Shown: positions 30,666 through 43,325, counted from the first letter of the stretch. The stretch is DNA of 64,000 nt from an uncultured delta proteobacterium (GCA_963796055.1 CAWCKH010000003.1:672001-736000), one strand, 5' to 3'. Numbers and translations: made by a program. The notes: a model not told the origin generated them from the letters alone.

Positions 30666-31595
30666 ATTCGCGCCCCCCGCCTCCCACTCCTCCTCGCCGC
30701 CGTCCTCGCCCTGGGCTGCGCCGGAACGCCGTCCCGGCGCAGCGAGGCCGTCCCCGGGCTGAGGGTCTCGGCGCTGGTGGTCGAGCAGCTCCGCACCTCC
30801 GGAGGCGTGACCGACGACGAGGTGCTCGCGCTCTCCGCCCGGCTCGGGTTGCGTGGGGTCTCCGCCACCTCGGGACGGGCGCTGGTCTGGGGACCCGGCG
30901 AGGTCCGACCGCTTCATCCGGAGCGCACCGACTGGACGGCGACCGACGCGCTCACCGCCATCAAGGCCGCCGGGGTCAACCCGGGTGAGGTGCTGCTGGT
31001 TCGCGCCCGTCTCGACCGGACCACGGCCGAGGGGCGGCAGGAGGTGGCTGGCCGGCAGGGCGGAGCCGGCGTCGGCACGAGCGCGGAGTGGATCGACCGG
31101 GTGCGCATCGAGCTCATCCACCCCAGCACCGGCCACACCGTGGTGGAGAGCACTGCGGACGTGCGGGTGGACCCGTTCCGGACCGACGGCGAGGGCCCAG
31201 GTCCCCTGCTCGACCGGGTCCTCGACGACGCGCTGGCCGGACTCGAGGGAAAGTGGGCCCGTCCTCCCCGCCCGGCCGTCGACGCCTGGCGACTGTTCGG
31301 GCCCACCCCCGGAACCACGGGCCTGGAGGGCGAGGTGCGCCGGCTGGCGCAGCTCCGGCTGGCCAACCCCGGCCTGGGTGAGGACGAGGCCGCGCGGCTG
31401 ATGCGCCGTCCGCCGGGGGTCTTCGTCCGCGCCGCGGAGGTGACCACCCGGCTGCATGCCGGCGACATGGTGACCGCAATCGACGGCGTGCCGGCCACGC
31501 CCGAGTCGCTGGACCGCGCGCGCCAGGGCACCCGGGACGTCCGGCTGGAGGTGGAGACGGCCACCGGCGCCGCGCACCGCGTCCGCTGGCCCTGA
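30666..31595 (+). CDS. Hypothetical lipoprotein with C-terminal PDZ-like segment; start codon appears to be ATT
   Basis: In-frame (M)RAPRLPLLLAAVLALGC lipobox upstream of the track start; LHAGDMVTAIDG. Confidence 0.65.
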   Translation: MRAPRLPLLLAAVLALGCAGTPSRRSEAVPGLRVSALVVEQLRTSGGVTDDEVLALSARLGLRGVSATSGRALVWGPGEVRPLHPERTDWTATDALTAIKAAGVNPGEVLLVRARLDRTTAEGRQEVAGRQGGAGVGTSAEWIDRVRIELIHPSTGHTVVESTADVRVDPFRTDGEGPGPLLDRVLDDALAGLEGKWARPPRPAVDAWRLFGPTPGTTGLEGEVRRLAQLRLANPGLGEDEAARLMRRPPGVFVRAAEVTTRLHAGDMVTAIDGVPATPESLDRARQGTRDVRLEVETATGAAHRVRWP

Positions 31596-31655
31596 CGCCC
31601 CCCGTACCCAGGGGGACGCCTGCGGAAGCGCGCCGCCGCGCGCCGGCGACCAGGC

Positions 31656-32081
31656 TCAGGGTCCGAGCGCCACCACCAGCCGCTCGAAGAGGCGGGCCAC
31701 CGTCCCCGGGGCGAGCAGCACCGGCATCCCCAGCGCAAGGGCGACCACCACCGACCAGAGCGTGGACCGCGGCCCGGACTCGAGCCGCATCTGCGACATG
31801 GAGAGGAGCAGCACCAGGGTGCCGGCCACGCACACCACCAGGGGCCCGCGAAAGCCGTAGATCCACAACCCCGAGCTCACCGAGCCGAGGGCCACCGCGT
31901 TCAGGACGTCGCGCCCGTTGGAGGCCCACCAGGCGCGCCCCTCGTCGGCGCGGAGGCGGTACTGCACCCGCTCCAGCAGCCCGGCGACGCCCACCGAGGC
32001 GAGGAGCGCGAGCGCGGTCCAGGCCCCCCCGTCCCCGGTCCACGCTCCGAGTGCTTCCGCCATGCGCTCACTCTCCAGCAC
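31656..32081 (-). CDS. Small hypothetical membrane protein
   Basis: About four hydrophobic segments; WWASNGRDVLN. Confidence 0.7.
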   Translation of the reverse strand: MLESERMAEALGAWTGDGGAWTALALLASVGVAGLLERVQYRLRADEGRAWWASNGRDVLNAVALGSVSSGLWIYGFRGPLVVCVAGTLVLLLSMSQMRLESGPRSTLWSVVVALALGMPVLLAPGTVARLFERLVVALGP

Positions 32082-32182
32082 CGGACACCTCCGGCGCGCA
32101 AATCAGCAGTGCACCTTCCGGCCCACTTCTGCTAACCCCCCGCCGCTGATTTCGATGCGCTGTCCAAGGAGGAGGAGCGCCG

Positions 32183-33430
32183 ATGAGACGCCAGTTTTCC
32201 CTGTTGATCGCCACCGTGATCATGGCCTGCGCCGGAGGCCAGAGCACCGGGACCGCCGCCCCGGCCGAGCGCCAGCGGGTGCAGAACCTCGTTCCCTTCG
32301 ACATCGGCAACTGCTTCCCCACCAGGCTCGATGTGGGCAAGACCGCGAACGAGTACACGCTGCAGGCCGCGTTCCGCGGCGCCCGCTCGGCCATCAACGA
32401 GTGCCTGGTGGACGCCAAGGTGCAGAACCCGAACGTGGCCACCAAGGGCAAGGCCACCGTCTCCCTCGACTCCTCGGGCACGGCGGTCACCGTGAGCAGC
32501 GACGGCCTCCAGCCCACGGCCGCCACCTGCATCGAGAGGGCCATCCGGTCGCGGCTGGAGGGGGTGGCCGTTCCCTCCGGCGGCAAGCCCCTCACCCTGG
32601 AGGGCCCCTTCGAGCGCGAGCCGAGCACCATGGTCCGGATGGGGCTCAACGAGGCCTCGGACGTCCAGGGTGCCATCCGCCTGGCGATGCCGCAGTGGTG
32701 CAGCTGCTTCGAGTCGGTCAAGGGCCAGGCTCCGCCCGAGCTCGTCGGCCCGGTGACCCTGACCCGCGAGGACGTGACCAAGTACGCCGACCGGCTGAAG
32801 GCTCCCGACGGCGGCACCGTCGTCAACAAGGGAGTGGTCGCGGCGCTGCAGCCCTCCGACCCGTCCGGGGCGCAGCTGGCGAGCTGTCTGAACCAGCGCG
32901 TCGAGTCGCTGCCTCTGAAGAGCAGCTCCGAGCAGCTCACGGTGCCGGCGCAGGTCCTGCTCGTCAACTCCAACGGCTCGGCCGCCATGCCCGCCGGCGT
33001 CCCGCCCCCGCTGCAGTTCGCCCAGCTGGACGCCGTTCGCGAGCTGCGCCAGGCCGAGGCGTTCGCCGCCCTCGCCCGCCGGCAGAACGTGGCCAACGCC
33101 TACGACGCGCAAGTCCAGGCGTACCAGGCGGCTGCCAACTCCAAGGACGCCAAGAAGCGCAAGGCGGCAGGCTCGATGGTCAAGGAGCTCAAGGCCGGCT
33201 GCGCCGGCCTGGTCAAGGCCGACGACGAGTACACCAAGGCGCTCGAGGGCGAGGCGGCGGTGGAGCAGCAGGCGCTGACCCTGGCCCAGTCGCTCAAGGC
33301 CAAGGAGCCGCAGTGGGCCGATGCGGAGAAGGCCTCCTCGGCTGCACTGGCCGACACCCAGAAGCAGATCGACGCCTCCAAGCAGCTCCGGGCGGCGAAC
33401 GAGAAGGCCTGTCCCAAGGAAAAGTTCTAG
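32183..33430 (+). CDS. Hypothetical Cys-containing lipoprotein with helical C-terminus
   Basis: Strong RBS AGGAGGAGG; LLIATVIMAC lipobox; its TAG stop is part of the IS core. Confidence 0.82.
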   Translation: MRRQFSLLIATVIMACAGGQSTGTAAPAERQRVQNLVPFDIGNCFPTRLDVGKTANEYTLQAAFRGARSAINECLVDAKVQNPNVATKGKATVSLDSSGTAVTVSSDGLQPTAATCIERAIRSRLEGVAVPSGGKPLTLEGPFEREPSTMVRMGLNEASDVQGAIRLAMPQWCSCFESVKGQAPPELVGPVTLTREDVTKYADRLKAPDGGTVVNKGVVAALQPSDPSGAQLASCLNQRVESLPLKSSSEQLTVPAQVLLVNSNGSAAMPAGVPPPLQFAQLDAVRELRQAEAFAALARRQNVANAYDAQVQAYQAAANSKDAKKRKAAGSMVKELKAGCAGLVKADDEYTKALEGEAAVEQQALTLAQSLKAKEPQWADAEKASSAALADTQKQIDASKQLRAANEKACPKEKF

Positions 33431-33449
33431 GATGGAGCGACCCGTCAAG

Positions 33450-33720
33450 TCAGCTCTCTCGTTCGTTGGTGGCGATGCGTCTGTTCGCTTCGCAGCTCCT
33501 CGTGGTTCGTACTTCGAGGCCTTCAGGCAGGGGACGAGCGAGGGAGCTGCGACGGTTGATCACTCTAGGATTCGCGGGTCGGCGGAGCCGCCGCATGACC
33601 GTGATTCGTCGGGAGGCTTTCTCGCTCTAGCGGCGTGGGTCGGCGGGTCGAGCCCGCCGCCACTTAGAACTGTCGAGAGTCCCTCCTACGTTCCTGGCTC
33701 ATCCACTGCCTGCCGGCTTC
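33450..33720 (-). ncRNA. Predicted bridge/seek RNA of the IS1111-type element (boundaries approximate)
   Basis: Structured non-coding end; internal loop carrying AGUUCUA and CGCUAGA matches both strands of the insertion site; AUCCUAGA matches the donor junction; 10-bp perfect stem 33490-33499/33543-33552. Confidence 0.75.
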
Positions 33721-33746
33721 GAAGCGATGCACGTACGTTGCTCCTT

Positions 33747-34841
33747 TCAAGCGGCGCGGGCGATGGCCCAGACAAAGCCGCAGAGCTCGCGAGCCACGGC
33801 GACGGCCGCGACCTGCGAAGGTTTGCCGCGGGAGACGAAGCGGTGGAAGCGCCGGTGCAGCCGCTCCTGGGCTTTCCATGCGTGGGCTACGACCTTTGCA
33901 TCCTGGCCCTCCCAGCGCTGTTTGATGACGCCGCTCTGGCGTGGCGGGCGCCGGTAGTGCCAGGCGGCCTCGACCAGTACGCGCCGGGCGTGTCCGTTGC
34001 CCGTCTTGGTGATGCTGCCCCGCCGCTCCTTGGCTCCGCTCGAGCGCTCGCTCGGGACGAGGCCGACGAAAGCCATGAACTGGTCGGGGTGCTCGAACCG
34101 CTGGAAGTCGCAGATCTCGGCGATGAGGATGACGGCCGAGAGCGTGTCGATGCCGCGCAGGCAGCGGAGCTTCGCAACGGGAGTTTTATAGGGCTCCTTC
34201 TCGGCGGCTGTCGCGAGTTCCTGGTCGAGCGCCTTGAGACGTCCGAGCGTTCCCTCGAGGCGGGCCAAGTACTCGGTGAAGACCGTCTGTGCGATGGGGG
34301 CCTCGAACGTCTGTTTGCGAAGCCACTTCCAGTGCGGCATCGACCAGTTCTTCTTGCCCTCGGTAAAGCTGCGCCCGTGGCGCAGGAGGAACTTCAGGAG
34401 TCGGTCGCGCTCGCGGATGACGTCCTCGCGCGCATCCTCTCGGCAGCGAACGAGATCCCGCAGCGCCTCCTCGGCCTCGGAGGGGACACGAATCGAAGTG
34501 AGCTCGCCGGCGCGGTAGAGGCGAGCGAGCTTCTCGGCGTCGCGCCGGTCGGTCTTGACCCGATCGCCGGCGCGCACCGGGATGAGCGAGGGCGCGACCA
34601 CGTCGCATGGGATCTTCATCGCTGCGAGCTGCCGGTAGACCTCGTAGCCGCAACTCCCGGCCTCGTAGCAGGCGCGGACCGCCCCTTCCTTTTTGAGCCT
34701 GCCGAAGCAGCGCTTCAGCTCGAGCGCATCGTTCCGGATCTTCACCGTGGGCCGAGCGCCTCCCCGGTCACCGGCCAGCACCGAGAAGGAAATCGACTCC
34801 TTATGCACGTCCATTCCGACGGTCAGCGTTGTAGTTTTCAC
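33747..34841 (-). CDS. IS110 family recombinase/transposase
   Basis: GMDVHK, CYEAG, KTDRRDA (DEDD RuvC-like) and GLVPSERSSG...GSITKTGN; intact 364-aa frame. Confidence 0.96.
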   Translation of the reverse strand: MKTTTLTVGMDVHKESISFSVLAGDRGGARPTVKIRNDALELKRCFGRLKKEGAVRACYEAGSCGYEVYRQLAAMKIPCDVVAPSLIPVRAGDRVKTDRRDAEKLARLYRAGELTSIRVPSEAEEALRDLVRCREDAREDVIRERDRLLKFLLRHGRSFTEGKKNWSMPHWKWLRKQTFEAPIAQTVFTEYLARLEGTLGRLKALDQELATAAEKEPYKTPVAKLRCLRGIDTLSAVILIAEICDFQRFEHPDQFMAFVGLVPSERSSGAKERRGSITKTGNGHARRVLVEAAWHYRRPPRQSGVIKQRWEGQDAKVVAHAWKAQERLHRRFHRFVSRGKPSQVAAVAVARELCGFVWAIARAA

Positions 34842-34942
34842 TCGACCGGCTCCTCGTTTGCGGCTCTGGCCGCGGCGTTGCCGAGGCTAATCCGCGCTGA
34901 ACGAGCGAGCCGGTCGCTCCATACTGTCTAGCGCACCACCGC

Positions 34943-38536
<3,594 letters not shown>

Positions 38537-38623
38537 GGGTCGGGGGGACTCCTCCGCGAGGGGAACGGGCGTACGGGCTGCCCGCCACTGTTTACCGCTT
38601 CGGTGAACGTCCCGGCAAGCAGT

Positions 38624-38659
38624 GCATGACAATGCGTGACATTGCGTGAACTGTCATGC
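38624..38659. promoter_or_regulatory. 10-bp-phased repeats inside an inverted repeat upstream of smc
   Basis: TGACAATGCG TGACATTGCG TGAACTGTCA; GCATGACA...TGTCATGC. Confidence 0.5.
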
Positions 38660-39997
38660 CGATGCAGCCGGGGGCGGGGGCGGCTGGGCAGCCGGTTTGG
38701 GCTCGATGCGGACCTTCAGGACGCGGGGGCCGTCGGTCTCGGCCACCCGGATCTCGAACTCGTCCACCTCGGTGTGGTCTCCGGGCTCCGGCACCCGTCC
38801 GAGCCGGGCCATGAGGAAGCCGGCGATGGTGCTCACCTCGGCGGGGTCCACGTCGAAGCGGACGTCGAGCCGGTCCTCCAGGTCCGACAGCTGGGTGGTG
38901 CCGGGCAGCTCCAGCCGTCCTCCGGGCAGGGTCTTCACCTCGGACACCCGGCGGCCCAGCTCGGCCACCTCCCCCACCACCTCGGCCACCAGGTCGGCCA
39001 GGGTCACGATGCCGCTCGTCCCGCCGTGCTCGTCCACCACCACCGCCAGCTGACGGCGACGCTTGCGAAACTCGATGAGCAGCTGCTCGAGGGTCACGTT
39101 CTCCGGGACGAAGAGCACCGGCCGCTGTACCTGGCCCAGGCTCTGGAGCTGAGCGTTGGCCAGGAGGAAAAACAGGTCCTTCACGTTCACCACGCCCTCC
39201 ACCTGGTCCAGGCTCCCGCGGGCCACGGGCATCCAGGTGTGGCCGGCGGCGCGGGCCTCGGCGATGTTGTGCTCGAGGGGCTCCTCCAGATCGAGGTAGC
39301 GGACCTGCTGGCGCGGCACGAGCACCTGCCGGGCGGTCTTCTCCGACACGGCGAACGCCCGGGCCAGAAGCTCGGCCCGTTCCTCGGTGATGCTGCCGGC
39401 GCGCGCCGAGCTGGCGACCAGCATTGCCAGCTCCTCGAGGTCGAGCACGCTGTCGTGGGAGGCCGCGGGCTTGAGCCCGAGGAGCCGGGACACCGCAGCG
39501 GCCATCCGGTTGATGACCGTCACCGCCGGGTAGCTGACGAGATAGATGGCCTGCATCGGCCCGGACACCGCCAGGGCCACCGACTCGGTCCGCTGGAGCC
39601 CCAGGTTCTTCGGCACCAGCTCGCCGATGACCAGGTGGAGGATGGTGATAATGGCAAAGCCCACGACGAAGGCGAGCGTGTGGGCCAGTGGCCAGAAGCT
39701 CCGCTGGGCGGGGAAGGCCGCGTGCAGGGTCCGCTCGATGAGCGCCGCAAACGCCGGCTCGCCCACCCAGCCAATGCCGAGCGAGGTGAGCGTCACGCCG
39801 AACTGCACCGTGCTCAGGTAGGGACCGAGGTTCCCGAGAATCTCGACCGTCCGCTCCGCGGCGCGGTTGCCGTTCGCAGCGAGGGCGCGGAAGCGCGTCG
39901 GCCGGGCCCGGACCAGCGCCATCTCCGAGCCGACGAAGAACGCATTGATCAGGACCAGCACCAACGCCACTGCGATGTGCCAGGCCTCGCTGCTCAA
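38654..39997 (-). CDS. HlyC/CorC (CNNM-CBS-CorC) family membrane protein
   Basis: NAFFVGSEMAL, VQFGVTLTSLGIGWVGEP, GELVPKNL, VVDEHGGTSGIVT; TTG start. Confidence 0.9.
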   Translation of the reverse strand: MSSEAWHIAVALVLVLINAFFVGSEMALVRARPTRFRALAANGNRAAERTVEILGNLGPYLSTVQFGVTLTSLGIGWVGEPAFAALIERTLHAAFPAQRSFWPLAHTLAFVVGFAIITILHLVIGELVPKNLGLQRTESVALAVSGPMQAIYLVSYPAVTVINRMAAAVSRLLGLKPAASHDSVLDLEELAMLVASSARAGSITEERAELLARAFAVSEKTARQVLVPRQQVRYLDLEEPLEHNIAEARAAGHTWMPVARGSLDQVEGVVNVKDLFFLLANAQLQSLGQVQRPVLFVPENVTLEQLLIEFRKRRRQLAVVVDEHGGTSGIVTLADLVAEVVGEVAELGRRVSEVKTLPGGRLELPGTTQLSDLEDRLDVRFDVDPAEVSTIAGFLMARLGRVPEPGDHTEVDEFEIRVAETDGPRVLKVRIEPKPAAQPPPPPAASA

Positions 39998-40007
39998 AGA
40001 GGGGGCC

Positions 40008-40823
40008 TCACAGCAGGCTCTCGTACTCCGGGTCGCCCTTCAGACCGTCGAACATCGGGTCGGTGGCGAGCCAGCCGGCCACCTTTTGCCGATCGGCCTC
40101 CAGCGCCTTCTTCAGCCATTCCAGCGCCTCGGGCTTCTTGGCCCACAGCGCGTACAGCGCGGCGAGGTTGTAGTGGAGGAGCAAGTCCTCGGCGTTGAGG
40201 GCCCGCGCCTTCTGGTAGGCGCGCTCGGCCTCGGCGTAGAACCCCTTCTGCGCGTAGCAAATGCCCAGGTCGAGGTGCGCCTCGAAGTCCTCCGGCTCGA
40301 GCCGGACGACCTCCTTCAGCTGTGCGATGGCCCCGCGGTAGTCGCCCTCGTCCATCAGCAGCGCGGCGAGCTCGTGGCGCGGGAAGCCGTCGGCCGGATC
40401 CAGCTCGATGGCGGTCTGCAGCTCGGCGATGGCCTCCTCGACCCGACCGTGATCGGCGTAGGTCAGGCCGAGGTTCAGGTGCGCGTCCGGGTATTCCGGA
40501 TCGAGCTCGATCGCCTGCTTGTAGGCAGCGACCGCGAACTCGGGCCCGTGGGTGGAGAGGAAGCAGGCGAGGTTGTAGTGGGCGGTGGCGCTGTCGGGCT
40601 CGAGCTTGAGCGCGGTGAGGTACTCGGCGAGCGCCTCGCGGTAGAGCTTCTTCTCGGCGTAGACGGTTGCGAGATTGTCGTGCGCGTGCGCCGAGTCCGG
40701 GTCGAGGTCGATCGCCTTGCGGAACTCGCGGATGGCCTCGTCCAGCCAGCCGCGATCGGCGAGCTCGATGCCACGGGAATTGTGCTCGTCCGAGAGCGCG
40801 ATGTTGTCCTTCTCGCGGGCCAT
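40008..40823 (-). CDS. TPR repeat protein
   Basis: Tandem TPRs (AHDNLA, AHYNLA, AHLNLG, AHLDLG); RBS not clear. Confidence 0.88.
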   Translation of the reverse strand: MAREKDNIALSDEHNSRGIELADRGWLDEAIREFRKAIDLDPDSAHAHDNLATVYAEKKLYREALAEYLTALKLEPDSATAHYNLACFLSTHGPEFAVAAYKQAIELDPEYPDAHLNLGLTYADHGRVEEAIAELQTAIELDPADGFPRHELAALLMDEGDYRGAIAQLKEVVRLEPEDFEAHLDLGICYAQKGFYAEAERAYQKARALNAEDLLLHYNLAALYALWAKKPEALEWLKKALEADRQKVAGWLATDPMFDGLKGDPEYESLL

Positions 40824-40889
40824 GGAGGGGGTGCCGGGGCACTGTATTCAGCGGAAAACCGGCTCCGCAAGCTACACTCCTGACCCGAC

Positions 40890-42089
40890 GTGAACCCCGC
40901 TTCCCGCCACGATTTCCCCGCGCTCGCCCTCGGCTGCACGCTTGGCCTGGTCGCGGCGTGCGCCCCGCGGACGACGGTTCGCCCGGACGAGGTCGAGACC
41001 CGCCAGGGGCCGCCGCTGACCGTCGCTCCCGCGACCCCCACACCACGCCCCATCACCGTGGTGGCGGGCGGAGACGTAACGCTCGGGGGGCACTACGAGG
41101 AGTGGGTGGATGGCCTTCGCAGTAAAGGCCAGAGCGGTCCGTCGGTGGACGGCTGGGGCTTCGCCGAGGTGAAGCCGCTCTTCGCCGGCGCGGACCTGGT
41201 GGTGGTGAATCTCGAGTGCCCGTTCACCGTCGGCGGCGCGCCCATCCCCAAGAACTTCAACTTCCGCGCGCGGCCCTCCACCGTCCAGGCGCTGGTCGAC
41301 GCCGGTGTGCGGGCGGTCTCGCTGGCCAACAACCACCTGATGGACTACGGGCCGGACGGCGTCGCCGACACCATCGAGACACTCGATCGGGCGGGCATCG
41401 CTCACTTCGGCGCCGGGCGCACCCTGGCCGAGGCCCGGAAGCCGGCCATCGTCGAGGTGGGCGGACTCAAGATTGCCTTCCTCGGCTACCTCATCCTCGG
41501 AGCCGTGCATCCCGAGCCCGCAGTGGTCTGGGCCACCGAGACTACAGCCGGCGTCGCCGGACACCCGAGTGACTGGACCGTGGTGGAGAAGATGGTGCGA
41601 GAGGACGTGGCCGCGGCGCGGAAGGATGCGGATCTGGTGGTCCCCTTCTTCCACTGGGGACGCGAGGGCAGCAAGGGACCGGATGTGTATCAGCTGGCGC
41701 TGGCGAAGGCGGCGGTCGAGTCCGGCGCGGCGGCGGTGCTCGGCGCCCATCCACACGTGCTGCAGGGGATGGAGCGCATGGGATCAGTGCCCGTCTTCTA
41801 CTCGCTCGGCAACTTCGTCTTCGGCGGCAACTGGAATCCGCGGGACAAGGACTCGGTGCTGGTGAAGGCGCGCTTCGACCGGAGCGGGTACTTGGGGGCG
41901 GAGCTGTTCCCCCTGAAGACGGACCGGTACCCCGACCGGCCCATCCAGCCCTACCCGCTCACCGGCGCGGAGGCGGAGGCCGTGCTGCAGCGGCTCCGGA
42001 GCGCATCCTCCGCCTTCGTCACGCCGCTGCCGGAGCTCGGGCCGAAGCCTGCCGCGCCGGTGTCCGCGGCTGCCGCGCCGGGCTCGTAG
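40890..42089 (+). CDS. CapA/PgsA family metallophosphoesterase-like lipoprotein
   Basis: GDV, VNLECP, LANNHLMDYG, HWG, GAHPHVLQ, YSLGNFVF; GLVAAC lipobox. Confidence 0.88.
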   Translation: MNPASRHDFPALALGCTLGLVAACAPRTTVRPDEVETRQGPPLTVAPATPTPRPITVVAGGDVTLGGHYEEWVDGLRSKGQSGPSVDGWGFAEVKPLFAGADLVVVNLECPFTVGGAPIPKNFNFRARPSTVQALVDAGVRAVSLANNHLMDYGPDGVADTIETLDRAGIAHFGAGRTLAEARKPAIVEVGGLKIAFLGYLILGAVHPEPAVVWATETTAGVAGHPSDWTVVEKMVREDVAAARKDADLVVPFFHWGREGSKGPDVYQLALAKAAVESGAAAVLGAHPHVLQGMERMGSVPVFYSLGNFVFGGNWNPRDKDSVLVKARFDRSGYLGAELFPLKTDRYPDRPIQPYPLTGAEAEAVLQRLRSASSAFVTPLPELGPKPAAPVSAAAAPGS

Positions 42090-42204
42090 GAGAGCGGGGG
42101 GCCACGCTCCGGCCAGTGCCCCGAACGCCTTGGCCTCGTTCGGGCCAGGTTCCGGGCGGCCAGGCTTGGGTGGCCACCGGCGGACTCGCCCGCGCCGTCA
42201 GCCA

Positions 42205-43101
42205 CTATCCGTCGACGACCGCGTAGGCGCGGACAGGAAACGTCCCGAGCCCCCGGATCCGTGGCGGCACCGCCGAGAAGCGGAAGCCGGATGCCGGCAG
42301 CTGGTCGAGCCCGCGCAGGTGCTCGACGATGGGGATGCCCGCAGCGAGCAGCCGCGAGTGCGCCGGACGGGCGGCGTCGCCCATGTCGTCGATGTTGATG
42401 GAGTCGATGCCCACCAGCGCCGCGCCCTGCTCCACCAGCCACCCCGCGCCGGCGTCGGTGAGGAACGGCGCGTCCTTGCCATAGCTTCCCGTCCCGAAGT
42501 GCACGTCCCATCCGGTGTGGAGGAGCACGGCCTTGCCCCGCACCTCGAGCGGCGCCAGCGCCAGCACGTCGATGGCGCGGCGGCCCGTTCCAGTCGCCCG
42601 CAGCAGCACGCCCTCGAGCTCCACCAGGACCTCCAGCGGTAGCCCCGCCAGGTCCGCCCCGTCCGCATAGCGGTGCCAGGGGCTGTCCAGGTACGTGCCG
42701 GTGTTCGCCACCAGGCTGATGCGGCCGATCTGGAAGGTGACTCCGGGCGCGTACTTCCCGGCCGACGCCTCCCGCGACAGGTGCTCGGAGATCTCCGGAG
42801 CGGGCAGGCCCGGGTACGTCACCAGCCCGTGGTGGATGGGATGGCTCAGGTCGACCAGCCGTCGCCCGCCGCTCGAGGCACGCGGGACGCCCCGCGAGCC
42901 TCGGTGGGGCTCCTGGACCCGGCGCAGGTTCCGCAGCTCCACCCCGCCCACCATCAGCAGCCCGAGGTGCGCGACGAGCAGGGCGCCGATCTCCTCGTCC
43001 GAGGCGTCGGGCCGCGGCAGATCGAGCCGGAAGCCCTCACCCCGCAGGTGCCCACCGTTGGTGAAGGTGACGACGAAGTCGAAGATCGCGCGGGTGTCCA
43101 T
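42205..43101 (-). CDS. Cyclase family metal-dependent hydrolase with N-terminal extension
   Basis: VDLSHPI, NTGTYLDSPWH, VGIDSINIDD, IVEHLRGL, FPVRAYA. Confidence 0.85.
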   Translation of the reverse strand: MDTRAIFDFVVTFTNGGHLRGEGFRLDLPRPDASDEEIGALLVAHLGLLMVGGVELRNLRRVQEPHRGSRGVPRASSGGRRLVDLSHPIHHGLVTYPGLPAPEISEHLSREASAGKYAPGVTFQIGRISLVANTGTYLDSPWHRYADGADLAGLPLEVLVELEGVLLRATGTGRRAIDVLALAPLEVRGKAVLLHTGWDVHFGTGSYGKDAPFLTDAGAGWLVEQGAALVGIDSINIDDMGDAARPAHSRLLAAGIPIVEHLRGLDQLPASGFRFSAVPPRIRGLGTFPVRAYAVVDG

Positions 43102-43188
43102 GGATCCCACCGCTACCCCCGGTCACCTGGCCCGTGCCAGCACAGTCCGGCAGCGGCGGCACGGCGCGGGCGAGGAACCCCGTGCCTC

Positions 43189-43305
43189 CTACCGGCGCCC
43201 GGAGGCCCTCTGGTGGCGTACCCGGTGGCGCCGGAGAGCCTTCCGCTTCACCTTCGCCCGGTTCTTCACCTTCCGCTTGCTGCGGTTTCCGATCTTCTTG
43301 GCCAT
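43189..43305 (-). CDS. 38-aa highly basic microprotein
   Basis: MAKKIGNRSKRKVKNRAKVKRKALRRHRVRHQRASGRR*; AAG-rich host-like codons; hairpin GGCACGG...CCGTGCC (43158-43186) after the stop. Confidence 0.7.
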   Translation of the reverse strand: MAKKIGNRSKRKVKNRAKVKRKALRRHRVRHQRASGRR

Positions 43306-43325
43306 GGGGCCGTGGCTCTTAGCAC

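Larger units (their letters stand above)
33427..34931 (-). mobile_element. IS110-family insertion sequence, IS1111 type, complete
   Basis: CTAG at both ends (33427-33430, 34928-34931); 11-bp sub-terminal inverted repeats ATGGAGCGACC (33432-33442) / GGTCGCTCCAT (34912-34922); DEDD recombinase; long non-coding end downstream of the gene. Confidence 0.92.
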
